Below, piece by piece: positions 25,816-38,810 of a DNA stretch of 64,000 bases. How positions within the stretch are numbered: position 1 is the stretch's first letter; every line of letters begins with the position of its first letter. Both the position numbers and the translations under genes were made by a program. Source of the stretch: Eledone cirrhosa (lineage: Eukaryota); assembly GCA_964016885.1 (NCBI GenBank), contig OZ024740.1, positions 75,578,001 through 75,642,000 on the forward strand, in the 5' to 3' direction. Under the pieces are notes generated by a model. That model did no database searches. It saw nothing but the letters and a program-made list of their open reading frames with translations, and was not told the DNA's origin.

Positions 25816-26559
25816 GTAATTACCAAAAGAATATGATCGCAAATACAAGCGGCTGAAATGCGGTACCTTTGGAGGGTCTTTGGAGTAAATTACTCGATAG
25901 AGTGCGAATCTCGGAGATCAGAAAGTCACTCCAAGTAGAGCTATAGTGAGAATTTGATGGTTGTGTTGATAGTTATCCCAGTGCCTTACTGGTACTTTAT
26001 GCTGTGGCGTTGATTCGTTTGTTGCATGTGTGCTCACTTGTAGCTTGCTGTGTGGTGTGGTCACTGTTGTGTAATAGTGTGACCACAGGTTACATGTGTG
26101 CAGGTAAGTGTTCAATAAGATGATATAATAGTTCCTTGATCACGCAGAAATGAATATATATAAATGAACCACGACAGCAACAAACCACTATATTATTAAT
26201 TTCTTGGAAATGGCGGTGGATTGGCAGTATCGGTAGAGGGTCGGATGCCATGCTTTGACGCATAGAGTTACGGCCCTTTCCATTCTGAGTTCAAATCCCA
26301 CCGAGGTTAATTTTGCCTTTCATCCTTAGGGGTCGATAAAATATGTGTGTGTGTATGTTTAAATGAATATACCATATAAAATAAAGTACTCGTAATGCAC
26401 TGGGATAATTGCTGGCCTTGTGCCAAATGTAGAAACAATTAATTTATTGCGAAAAATATACAGGAATTATGGACGTTATTTATCAAGAAAACTTCATGAA
26501 CTTCACTGGCTTGGTTGAGAGAGAGACCAAGAGATAGATATTGAGTGGCCTGATCTAAG

Positions 26560-26990
26560 GCAGGCAATTTATCTATGTCGCTTCATCTGTCTCCAAGACT
26601 TGAAAACAAAGGACTGACCTTCCGAAGTCGTCCAATCTCAGACCTGTTGACACCCGAAAGGAGATAACCCAGACAATTGCCGTTAAATGTTACCCAGGGG
26701 TCAAGGTGTGGACAGATTTCGCTACAGAGCTGCTACTTCTCCGAATTGAGAGATCACAGCTCTAATACTATGGGCATGTGGTTAGAATATCACAGGAAAG
26801 ATTTTACGGGTAAAACCAACCGGCAAGTCATCCAGGGGTAGACTCTGAGCAAGATGGTTTGATAAAATCCGTGAGCTTAGCTGGTCGCGCTTGGGGATCC
26901 AGCGGGATCAGTTGCTTCTGACAGGAGCCGCTGGAAGGAGTGTTTGAGGACTCTTTTCCCCACGACCCTCTCAGGAATAAATGGACGAGG
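26560..26990 (+). mobile_element. RTE-clade LINE 3' fragment
   Basis: LLLLRIERSQL*YYGHVVR and a GR..RW-type motif. Confidence 0.55.
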
Positions 26991-27180
26991 AAAAAAAATA
27001 GAAGAAAAAGTCCCCGGAAGGATGAAAGGCAAAATTGACCTCGGAGGATCTGAAATCAGAATGCAAATTGTCGAAATGAATGCCGCGTAGTATTTTGTCC
27101 AATGGCGATGCAGGCAACAACCCTCTATTGAGGGTTTCGTTCCGTACCCATTCAAAGGAAATTCTTAAATGCTATCTTAC

Positions 27181-27540
27181 CTTTAAAATACACCAGAAAC
27201 AGAAAGCGGGATAAAGCCGTTCAAAATAAGAGCTTTAATAACTTTTATCTTAATTACTATCCTAAGTCGTTATCCAACCTAATCAACCACTCTGTTATTA
27301 CACAGACGCGTATTTCAGTTCGCACATTGTATTATTTACACGTATCTTGGCAACAATACTCGTCATCAGTCACTCTTATCAACAATACATTCCCAACGCC
27401 CTACACATTTCACTGCTGGTGACACGAGCTAGGTAAGGTCAGTTCCGGTTATACAGCGTACACACTTCCTTTCATTGAAACTAGTGAATGTAATATTCGC
27501 CGGAAGTCGGTACGGTGAAAACAAATTCTGTTCTCTAAAG

Positions 27541-27611
<71 letters not shown>

Positions 27612-27755
27612 CTATACTTTCATTTATATATATATATACACACAGACGCACACATATATACACACATATTTATTATATATTATACTGTTTCGTATTCCAG
27701 TATTTCTGGCAAGATTTTAGTATAACTTATTAATCTTTGTAACATGCAACTAAAG
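27181..27755. promoter_or_regulatory. Probable bidirectional promoter and non-coding first exons of PIH1D2 (-) and NKAPD1 (+)
   Basis: Minus-strand donor AAG|gtaagat at 27181/27180 and plus-strand donor AAG|gtaagt at 27755/27756 point away from each other; ETS/GABP-type sites CCGGAAGT (27500-27507), TTCCGG and CACTTCCT lie between them; locally more CpG. Confidence 0.6.
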
Positions 27756-29846
27756 GTAAGTCTGGTATATTCATTTAAACATACACACACACATATATAA
27801 ATATATATAATCATAATTCCCCCCACTTACATATATAATCATACACTTACATATATATAATCATCCTTCACTCCCACCCAAACACATTTAAATGTTTAAT
27901 CAACCTCGTAGTTTTTGCTTGACTGACGCTGGTAAGTGTTTCACCCTGATTGAGCAAAATTACTTTGATCAAAAGCATTCCACCCATGGCTTTCCAACCT
28001 ATTGTTAGGTATATCTAGAACTATATTATCTTGTGTATCTTTCCTACAGTTTTGCCCGTATGGTACGATTTGAGGGAGATTCGGCTGCTATTTCAAGTGA
28101 CCACGTAAAGACTCCCTCGCTGGTTTTGCTCTGGTAAGAAGTTATTTGTATGTCTCTCTCAGAAACTGTTTGCCTGCGTCAGTTTAACCAAACAAGCATT
28201 AAGTTAGTTGTTTCCAATATTTAATGCACGTTCGTATATAAATGTCTCCTAAGCCATTTGCACGCGACCGACGGGGATTAATATCTATTAGACACTAAAC
28301 AAATAAATCGTATTAGCTCTTCTAAGTATGTGTTTGAATACCTGTAACCTTTATTAAAGAACAAACACTTTTAAAGCTAACATTCATTCGTTGCTGTTGA
28401 TTTTTAACTTCGGGTTAGCCTCCATCCCTCACACCTATGATTGAGAGCGCATACAAGCTATGGTAATCCCCCCATCTTTTTTCTTCAGAAATAATATACC
28501 CTCGACTATATTTATCGAATATATCTTCATTTTTTCTCGATATTTTGAGGAGGGGGGGGGGGGTTCTAACAAGTCGAGGTTCCCTCGATTAGAATGGATG
28601 ATAATCTCTCGTTATACGTTGGACGAAATATGTAAAATCGGATTCCGAGAAAGGAATGAATTATAAATATAGCCTCCGGTTTGATTAGAACTCCAATCCT
28701 TCAGTCTATTCTTTTAATATCTTGCCATCTCTGCCAGTGATTCACAGTTAATTGGAGCACCCGGTGGTATGATTTGTAATTGTTTTAAATGATACACTAG
28801 ACGAGATAGGCTTCCGTTTAGCAAACGCTTAAGTACTTCTTTTACTTTAGAGCATATCTATATTTTATATTTTACTGAGACAAATAAAATCAACGATTGT
28901 GTTAGGGTTTTGCTTTGATCAATGTATTTGTACAGATTATATATATTCGAAATTGATGTTCATGCTAGGCGACAAACTCGGATTGAATCACGAGCTTTGT
29001 TCATATATATGTAGGTAGAAACCCCTTCTTTGTAATCATTGTGAAAATTCTGGTTACATGGAAAAATTTCGGCATATAAATACATGCTACATTTTGTAAA
29101 GAACATAAGAACACTCAAATATTTATATATATTTAGTTTCATCAGCTATTTTCTATTGATGAGCTTTTAATGATGAAATATCATCTAAAGTTTATACCTT
29201 GAAAAACTCGCTTAAAAAAAGAAAAAGCGATTCATAAGTTTTGATTTAAAAAAAAAAGATCGGCATTTTAAAAATGGCTGCGTGATGCTGTTGTAGATTT
29301 TGTTTAATCATCATTATATTTCTATAACGAATCCATTATTATATGTATGTAGGTTGGTTTCTATGTCTACACCTGCTACATGCACTCTATACTATCTTCT
29401 CGTCAGATGTTGTCGTGTAAAGCCACCAGTCTCTTCCGGTGCCAAGATGCTTTACTGAGAGTTCCTCGTGACATCACCGACATACTTCAAAAATCACACG
29501 GAGCTAATAGTGTATTTAAGGAGATAGATAACTTCTATACTAAGTGATGCAGGATCACAAATAGTTCTTACTCTATTTTAGCAGCTCTGTTTCTATACAT
29601 ATAACATGTGTGTTTGTATGAGTGCATCTCTCAATCGTGTGTACAGTTTAATAATAAGTAAAAACAAAAATGTAATGTACTGATTGACATTTGCGTATCG
29701 AAAACATATAGGTGAGATTAATTTAATTTTAGATTGTCTTTGTATGTCTCGCTAGATTTTTAAAACTACTTTCACTTAACTACTAGTTTCTATATTTACC
29801 ATTCTTCAGCTTCCTATATATGTGTGTTTGTATATATGGGGTATGT

Positions 29847-29902
<56 letters not shown>

Positions 29903-29942
29903 AAAACAAGGTTACACATTAAGGTCTTTATTGATTATACTC

Positions 29943-30029
29943 AGTTACGACCGTTTCACAGATGAGTGGCTCAGGATCCATGTAGATGCTATAGACCCGA
30001 CTCCAGCCCGATCATCAGACTTGTTAGCC
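29943..30029 (-). ncRNA. Hammerhead motif with long helix II in a (TA)n-flanked Penelope-like module
   Basis: Minus strand CUGAUGA (30018-30012), inner stem GGGUCUAU/AUGGAUCC, GAAA-C-G-GUC (29957-29949); helix I imperfect. Confidence 0.55.
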
Positions 30030-30076
30030 AAGCAAAACTAAAATCTCATCCATTTTAATTATATATATATATACAT

Positions 30077-31225
30077 ACTAGCAGTGTATCCCGGCATTGC
30101 ACGGGTAAGAACATTTGTAATAGCACCTCCAATGAGAAACGTTTATTTGCGAGTGCCTATTAAAAACTCACGAAAATATATCGAGAGGAAACTTGTTTTA
30201 TTCGGAGAAAATTAAGAAGTTGAAAGTACAGTTTAGCTGTCTACGTGCATTGTTCAGAGAAATATTGTTGAGCCTCTTCTTTTGATACTCATCTGTTTTG
30301 GCCTATTGGAGTAAATGTGAAATAGAAAGTCACAGGTTAAGTTGGCAGAAGGTTCCAGTGCAATAGCAGTAAGGCATAGGCTACTTACCTCAAAAGTTCA
30401 GTCGCACTCTTTCCACTAAGTTACTCTTTCTCTCTATCCCTGTCGGTGCAGTCCCTTGCGAATTTCTCGCGTAGGCCTGGTGTCGATTTGCACCTGATCC
30501 ATCTGCCTGATGCACATGTTCGCTTTGTACGGCTTTTGGAGGAAGGAGTGACCAGCCGTACATTGTTCGGTATTATTACGAAAAGGTGTAGCAGAGAATC
30601 TCACGTGAACTAACAGCTCGGGAGGAAACAGCTTACCTCGAAGATTCATTCGCCATCGTTCTTGTCAATGCTGTTTAGTTGGTATTTGTTGGTCTACAGT
30701 TAGATGAATGGTGCACAAAGGGTTAATGTTTATTGGCAAGAAGTGGCAACTGGGATGGCTTGCCTTGCTTATATTATATATTAAAATAACAGATTAAAGT
30801 TTAAGCAAAGAATCGCTGCTTTCACCCTTAACGGGATCTTCTAAAACTAAAATAATCAATCTGTGAACGCAGAAGTAAATATTTCGAAAAACGTTGCAAC
30901 CGAAGGAAAACAGGAAGACGATACTTTGGTTCGTGAAGACGTTCCCTGTCAAAGAACGGAAAATAGTGAACATAATACGTCATCAATGTTTGTCCTAATG
31001 TCGTAATGCAGACAGACAGATATTATAAGGGCGCAACGGAGATCAATAACCAGCGCCTAATACCCCTTTAACAACATAAAATTGAAAAATAAAAGCTGCA
31101 GTTAATATCTTTAGACCGCAAGGAATATATAAATGCAAGTATGAAGTCAATCGGAGTAGAAATGTGGATTTGTATAGACTTTGCAAAAATGAGGACACAC
31201 ACAGACAACTACAGTATATATGTAT
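30077..31225 (+). mobile_element. Non-autonomous Helentron/HINE-like element
   Basis: Start actagcagtgtatcccggcattgcacgggt (short hairpin); end aagtatgaagtcaatcgg...acacacacagaca...tata; TA-repeat flanks. Confidence 0.5.
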
Positions 31226-31584
31226 ATGTATATATATATATATAATGTGTGTGTCTGTGAATGAATGAATCTTGATGAAATCTGATTAACAATTGTTCTG
31301 ATATTTTTTACAATGATCATAATGTAGGTTCAATTACTGGATAGGGTTGCACATTGTGTTCTTGAACAAACCATTTCATTTTATATTGTTCCAGTACACT
31401 TAACTGAAAATTAGTACTGGCAGTTGCTGGATGATTACCCTCTGATGGATTAGTGCCCTGTACTTTCAGTCACTTAATGCCAATAAAAACTGGGAAAAAA
31501 GCTTTGGGCAGACTTTAATTTTTTTTTAGTTACAGATTGGTCAGTTTCCAGTACAATTGTTCATTTCTTGATACTTAGCAACCT

Positions 31585-31830
31585 GTGGAGGCATGTAACC
31601 TAGTGGTTAGGGTGTTGGACTCGCGACTGTAAGGTTTGGGTTCAATTCCTGGACCAGGCAATACAGTATACCCTTGAACAGCGCAGTTCACCCAGCTGAA
31701 AAAATTATTACCAGCAGCAACTAGGGTTGACTTTGTGATAAACTAGCATCTTGTCTTGTACATACAGTGACTTAATGCAGGATGAAACCAGGATAAGCTC
31801 CAACTAGATGTGCCTCTGGGCTAGAAAAAC
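31585..31830 (+). mobile_element. tRNA-derived SINE, family B (also about 24293-24540, 37897-38170, 49471-49660; minus 5383-5695, 18550-18645)
   Basis: A-box taacctagtgg and B-box ggttcaattcc, followed by a shared body with cagctgaaaa. Confidence 0.75.
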
Positions 31831-32900
31831 TTTTTCTTTTTAAACTTAGTACAGGACCAGACAGATGCCAAAGTAGTGGATTTTCCAAACTGGGAAAGCT
31901 TAGGTTAAAAAACAGCAAAATAATGTATATATTGTACTATTGATGAATCTATGCCATATTCTGCATACACAGCTTTCACTAATGTATCAGAGTTTCAACA
32001 CCTTTTGTGACAGAGTTAATTTTAATGTCACTTATGTTTTGCTGCATTACCACTACTTGCTAGTTACTTAGGAGGCATATTTAAGGGTTAAATACCAGTA
32101 AAAAATATATCTCTACCTGTATAGCAGCATTAACAACCATAATTAATCTATGGAGGATGTAACCAATATGGGGTGTTGGTGGTTCCACAGCTGGTCAAAT
32201 GGTATTGTAAACTAATTAATGCCAAATTCAAATCATCAACTATCAAAGCTGTTGAATGCCAGATTAGTGAGGTCCTGTAATCTATTTTATTTACATATTA
32301 TGGCCTGCTCTTCTGAAAGGGTCAGTTGCCTAATAGTCAATACTTTTCAATAATTGGCCCACCACTTGTCTGTCCTCTTTCTCTTCTAATTATCCCTGTC
32401 TAAATATTTTTCATTTTTTACTTCTGATTTTAACTTTTTATTTTATTTTATTTTATTTTATTTTATTTTATTTTATGTCTTTTCTATGCTTTGATGAATG
32501 ATATGTATAACTAGATGTTATTTCTATCAACATCTGTGGTGACATTGTATGCAGCATTTGAAATATAGTTTTTATATGTACGTGATTGCTTGATCTTCCA
32601 GAAACAATTGTGAAATCTCTTAAAAACAATTAGGATATATTAGACAATATAGTCCCTGATTTCAAAAAGATCAAGTTGTCCTGGTTTGAATGCCTTTAAT
32701 CATAGATCTGTTAGATTAGGGTTAACCTGGGGCCAAAATCAAAGCAACCTATGTCATTTATTATAATTTTTTATCATCATATAAGTGTGTTTCTGTAGCA
32801 AGTTTCAACCATATTTTAATTTCCAGAATATCAGTAATGGCTCATCTAAATATAATTTTTTTCTTTTTTAGAGTCTTATTTGTTTACATTAAGCTATAAA

Positions 32901-32966
32901 ATGCTGCACAGATCTGCCAAAACCTTGTTACAGAATGTTATACGTCATACAGACACCCACAACAGA
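32901..32966 (+). CDS. NKAPD1: NKAP domain-containing protein 1 (C11orf57), coding exon 1
   Basis: Acceptor AG ends at 32871; MLHRSAKTLLQNVIRHTDTHNR resembles human KVLLRNVIRHTDAHNK; donor gtgagt. Confidence 0.9.
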
Positions 32967-35656
32967 GTGAGTATATACTTGATGCATTTCTCAGTTTTTA
33001 GTCTAGCTCGATAAATATGACAAATAATATGTGAGGTTGTGATGTAATTATGACTCATCTTTTAAAATATCAAGTGTGACCTCATCATCATCATTGTTTT
33101 TACATCCTTTTCTCCATGCTGGTATAGTGGGTTCAATGAAATTTTTTGAGGAAATATTCTATGGCTAAATGCTCTTCCTGATGCCAATGCATACTTTATT
33201 TTTAAGTATGGTATCTACTGCTAAGCTGTGGAACATAAACAAACATCATCACTTGCTTTATACTGTATTGATATAAATATGGTGACAGACACGCTCATTC
33301 ACATATATGGCTAAGATCTAAGTATAGTGTGTGTGTCTATGTATCTCATTAACATCATCGTTTTATATCTGCCTTCCATGCTGGAATGGGTTGGAGGTGT
33401 TGTCACAGTTCAGGACTAGGTGGATCAGAGAGACTTCATCTTGCTCATACAGTCTATGTTTTGTTTGGTTTCTAGGGCGGATAACTTTCCTAGCGCCAAC
33501 CTCTTTACAGAGTATTAAGTGCATTTTATCGTGGCACGAACATTAGAGAGGTTATCATGTTCTACCAGACTGAAAAGCCCTTGTAACCCTATATTGTTGA
33601 CGTTCAATCACCACAAAAACTATATGTAATCAGGGTTTCCAGCTTGGATTTTTAAAACCAAATTCCTCTCTTTGTAATATCAGTTTGGCTTCTTTTTTTT
33701 GGGGGGGGGGGGGGGTTCTTTGAATGGCTGTAGAAAACCAGTTTGGTTTTTCATAATTAACTTTTAACATCTTTTGCCTGAAACCATATTATTAGCAAAA
33801 CATTCTTAAAATGTATAAAACAGCACTATGACTTTATCTCATTGAAAGTAAAAGTCTTTAGTCTAATACTGCACATTTTTATAACGATTTATCTCCTAGT
33901 AAAGATGCTATAAACATTTGATTTAACAAACCTGCTTTTAGATATTTTTTGCTGTCACTACAGCATGTTAAGACTTAAATCCTGAAATATATAAATGAAG
34001 AAAGTTATGTAGCATATTGAAAATTTTCCAATAACACCATATTCATTATGGGAAATGGATTATGGACACTGCCCTGTCTACTCAGACTAAGCCATAAGAA
34101 AAAAAATTTAGCTGTGATCCTGAGATGTCTTGTGAAAACTAAAAAATGTGAAATAGGTCATAGAAATAAAACGTTAATATTTTTGATACCAAACCACCTG
34201 TTTATCATCACATCATCATCATCGCACTGTTTAACATCTATTTTCCACTCTAACATGTTTATATTTATCTAAATGCCTTGCATAATTTTATGTAAGAACC
34301 TTTAAGTTATGCGCTAAGCATCAGCCTAAAATATCAAAATAGATAAGTATATTTACATTTAGTTCTTCATAAATGCTATTTAGGAGACATGTTGAGTGAA
34401 GAAGGTAGATTGGACTCTGACAGTGTCTAAAAAAATGAGATGTGCATGGAACTTCTGGGAACTGTGGTGTGAAAATGAGAAGGGAGTGTTGCTGAAACTG
34501 AAGAGAAAGGTGTGTGCTGCATCTGTGAGAAATACGTTTATTTGTGAAAGGGAGGCATGAGTGATGAACATCGAACAGTAGTGAAGGCTGGCAAAATGGA
34601 AATATGAATAGTTCTGTAGACTATCACTCAGAGAGACAACAAACAAGGAATTCCAGAGGATCATGGAAATAGAGCCAGTGATGAATATTGTAAAGAAAAA
34701 TGGATTAAGTTAACTAACTTAATCCATTTAAAGAAAGGTGAAAGCTGGTGTAAGTAGTATTGGAAATGAATGTGGAAGAAGTAGGGGAAGAGGAAATCCA
34801 ATAAAGACATGGCTGTAGATGATGAAAGAGGAAATAAAAGTCAGGTTTAAAGGGGGACAGATGATAGGCGAAAATGCAAAAACTTGTCATGAGACTCACA
34901 AGGCTAACCCTTGCTTTAGCATGGTAAATAACCTTAAAAGACTTGTATTGGTGTATAAGTGTTATTTATTTTATTCAGAAAGGCTATTGATTTCCTTCGT
35001 AAATGCTGTTTGGTCTTGGTCTCTTCTCATTCTCCTTGCTGCGTGTTGAGGAACATAAACAATAGCACCAATGCTGAATGTCCACGATTCTCATCCAGAA
35101 AAAAGTGATGTTGGTAGATCTTAAATTCTTGTTCAGCCATTACTTGGAAACTGGCTATCAAGCCCTAGCTCTTCCACCTTCATCACAAGGATGCAGGTAT
35201 TAGCCATTTGAAATGTGACCAAGGTAACTAAGGAGACCCATCCACCCAAAGTTTTGAAATCAGAGTGCTCCTTTTTCTAAATAGTCTTCCAACCAAGGTT
35301 AACAAGTGCTGTTTACCTATTGGATGGCCGTTGACTCACATGAGTTCTTCCACCCATTGATGGGTTTTGTTTTTCATCCTGCAGGGTGTCCGAAAATTAC
35401 CTCCCCTCACCAAGCAAGCTTTATGACATTGCTGATTTAGTCACCGACGACCCAAATATGAAACAGGTTGTACTGGGTTACATGTTACCAGTAGCACTTG
35501 TGAGTGACATGACATTAGATGCTATTTACTTGTCCGCAAATATTGTTTAGATTGTTCAAACCCACTATTTAGATCACATATTTTATATTTAGAAATACTA
35601 TTTAGTTTATTAATGTTATACTAAAGGGAATGTTTCTTGTGCAAATTTCTGTTCAG

Positions 35657-35967
35657 ATTGTGGAGGAAGCTGAAATGTGGCGACAGAAAGAGAAAAGATC
35701 ACAGCTGTCCAAGAAAAGTAAAGAAAGAGGAGGAGATAAAGATCGAGAAAGGAGTGAAGGAGAGAAAGACAAAGATAAGAAATCTACTGATGTGTTCTTT
35801 GAGGACACTCGCAAGTCATTTCTGTATGATAATCGTGTGAGAGATGACAATATATCCTATAGGAGGTATCGTGCTCACATGGATGATGAGCCGATACCAT
35901 CATCTACCACTCGCAGTACATACTATACTCGGCAGCTACAACGGGCTGAGGAGAATGATCCTGGCAG
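35657..35967 (+). CDS. NKAPD1: NKAPD1 coding exon 2
   Basis: gttcag|ATT; IVEEAEMWRQKE (human IQEESDMWKIRE)...EENDPG(R); donor gtaatg, phase 2. Confidence 0.9.
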
Positions 35968-36603
35968 GTAATGAGATTTTATATCATTTTCATTATGCAT
36001 ATCAGATACTACATTTAGTGTTTTTTTTTTTCTATTTAGATGATTTGGAGGGGATTTAGCAACTATTTCTAGCAACTGTATAGCCATTGTGGCTTTGTGT
36101 TCAGATAAGCAAAGGTTCAACTGTTAGCTGCCCTACTTATTACCATTGGGTGTGGTCTTTATAATGATCAGGTGGCAAATTAGCAGAGTTATTAGTGTTT
36201 GTTTAAATGCCTTGTGATATTTCTTCTGGTCTTCTGTGTTCTGAATTCAAATCCCACCAAGGTCAACTTTACCTTTCGTCCTTTTAGGGTCAATAAATAA
36301 AGTACCTATCCAGAACAGTGAATTAGTAGGAGTGTTAGAGATGCCTCAAAGTATGTGACTTTCTAACATTCTGAGTTCAAATCTCACCCCTGCCACTGGA
36401 AAAATTGTGAGATGTTAGGATTGAGATTGTTATCATTGAAAACACCTCAGAAATCTCCTATGAGGTGTAACCTCATAGGAAGCTAACAAAACCTACACAG
36501 CTGTAAACCATAACATCAACAAACTCTACAATGATTGCTGTGATCTTTAAAGGATTACACTTGTGGAAAAGCTTACTCAAAATTTCATGTTGACTATTTA
36601 CAG

Positions 36604-36717
36604 GTGGGGTCACAGTGGCTATAAGGAATTGTATCCTGAGGAATTTCGCAGTGATCGTTCTGAAGATGAAGAAAATGGTCCACATCACCGCCACCACAAA
36701 AGAAGAACAAGAAAAAG
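36604..36717 (+). CDS. NKAPD1: NKAPD1 coding exon 3
   Basis: Encodes (R)WGHSGYKELYPEEF, the NKAPD1 signature; donor gtttgt, phase 2. Confidence 0.93.
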
Positions 36718-36934
36718 GTTTGTTTTTGCTTTATTACTATGAAGAATTGGATGATATACATGTCTTCTGATTAGTTCCAAAAATCGATTCAAGATGTTTA
36801 TCATTTTTTCAATTTACAGGGAAATTCATATTTTCTGGCATATTTACATGCCTACATATTAGATACATGTATATATTTATACACATTGGTGCAATCTCAG
36901 TTACACACTATTTATACAGATATACCATTAATAT

Positions 36935-36973
<39 letters not shown>

Positions 36974-37297
36974 CATTAGTGGTGATGGCTAACTACAAGT
37001 CAGTCAGTCCTTCATAAAGCAATGCCAGCTAAAGTCCCAAAAGTAAATTAGAGACACGATTCTAAAACAGGACTAAAACAAGAACATATATATACACACA
37101 TTGTCCTAGCACCCAATGAGAGGCTAACATTAAAATGGTCACAACTGGACACCAAAACCTAACGTCATGCATATGTGTTATGTATATTAAATCTTTAAAT
37201 ATACTATATATATATATATATAATATATATGTTAAATATTTCTGTAGAAAAGGTAAAGGAAAGAAGAGTGTTCTATGTATTGTACAGAGCTATTTAG

Positions 37298-37441
37298 TTA
37301 CATAATAAACAACACAATATAATTATTTCATTACCAAAGTTTTCAAGAAACTAGATGATTCTTGCAAGAATCATCCAGCTCATTCGTTAGACAAAACAGT
37401 TATCATAATGAAATAATTATATTGTGTTGTTTATTATGTAA
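37298..37441. repeat. Fold-back element: perfect 36-bp terminal inverted repeats plus central 22-bp palindrome
   Basis: ttacataataaacaacacaatataattatttcatta and its exact reverse complement; gatgattcttgcaagaatcatc at 37354-37375. Confidence 0.85.
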
Positions 37442-38293
37442 TTATATATATCTTTGATTTAACTCCCTTAATTTGAGTTCAAACTGAATAAAAGAAAAAT
37501 AGGAATCAAGGGGGTTCATAGGTAAAAAACAAAGATTGAGAACCACTGTTTTAGAGCCTTCTGGTAGTGTTGAGCTGGTTGATTTAGAAATTATGTCTAG
37601 TAAGGCACCATGTCCTAAGCAGTATTGAGTTGTTCTTTCTTTGGATTCTATATCAGCATTTCAATAGTTGCCATATATATATATATACATTTCATTAATT
37701 CCTTTGTCATAATTGTTAGATGTTAATATCTTGCTAAGACATCTGTAAGAGTGTGGAATTGGACTTGCATGTTTGGAACTTATTTTGTCAATCCCAGCAG
37801 GATGAAAGGCAATATCAAGATTTAAAGTTAGATGACTCTGCCACTTTACCTCACTTGCATCTTTTAGACAGTGACTTTTGCTATACACCTTTGCTTAAGG
37901 AGGTGCATGGCCTAGTGGTAAAGGTGTTGGGCTTACGATCATGTCATGGGTTCGTTTCCTGGGCTAGGTTGTGTGTTGTTTTTTTTTTGAGCAAAACACT
38001 TCATTTCACATTGCTCCAGTATACTCTGCTGAAAATGAGTACCAGCAATAGCTGGAGGTTTAACACCACAATGGACTGGCGTCCTGTCCAGAGGGGGTCT
38101 TATCTCAGTCGCTTCACACCAGGAAACAGGGATAAGCACCAACCTAATGAGCCTCCTGGCTTGAGACACTTTAGATCCTTTGCTTCAGCTTAAACAAAGT
38201 TGTAATTTATGTCAGTAAATATTTATCAGCTTGTTTATATAATATAAGATGGTGTTGATCAATATATATTGTTATACTTTTGTATTTTGATAG

Positions 38294-38810
38294 GCGTAAA
38301 GAGAAGAAGAGGAGGCATCACTATCGGTCAAGATCCAATGACAGTGGAAGTGATTGTGAGCCCCGTCGTAAGCGTCGTAAGAGCACTGGGTGCAGTAAAC
38401 ACAGGAAGCATCGTAGATCGCGGGATTCTTCAACGGGTTCAGAAACAGTACGGTATATCAGACGGAAGCTACACAAAGAAAGACGTCACCGGAGACATAA
38501 ATCTCAGAGATTGTATGATACTGAAATTGATATAAAACCCCGACTGCCAATCATTACTAGTGGTCAGCAACAACAGACACTACCACCACCACCACAGCAG
38601 CAAATACAGTCACCTCTAATGGGACATCACAGGCGCAATCGACACAGTTCAGGTGCTAGAGACTCAACTTCATTACGTGAACACAAACAGACACATCACA
38701 TGTCATCTGACAATACAGACTCAGGGGCTGAGAATGATGGACCCAAAAGGCAGAAGTTCCAACGTGACTATTCTTCATCTGACAGTGAGGACAGCTACTG
38801 TTTGTCTTAG
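38294..38810 (+). CDS. NKAPD1: NKAPD1 last coding exon (R/K/H/S-rich tail)
   Basis: tgatag acceptor in phase; RKEKKRRHHYRSRS...SSSDSEDSYCLS*; joined CDS 1008 nt = 335 aa + stop. Confidence 0.85.

Noticed and set aside
31588-31660. tRNA-like sequence with A and B boxes
   Set aside because: No complete cloverleaf; continues into a repeated SINE body, so it is a SINE head.
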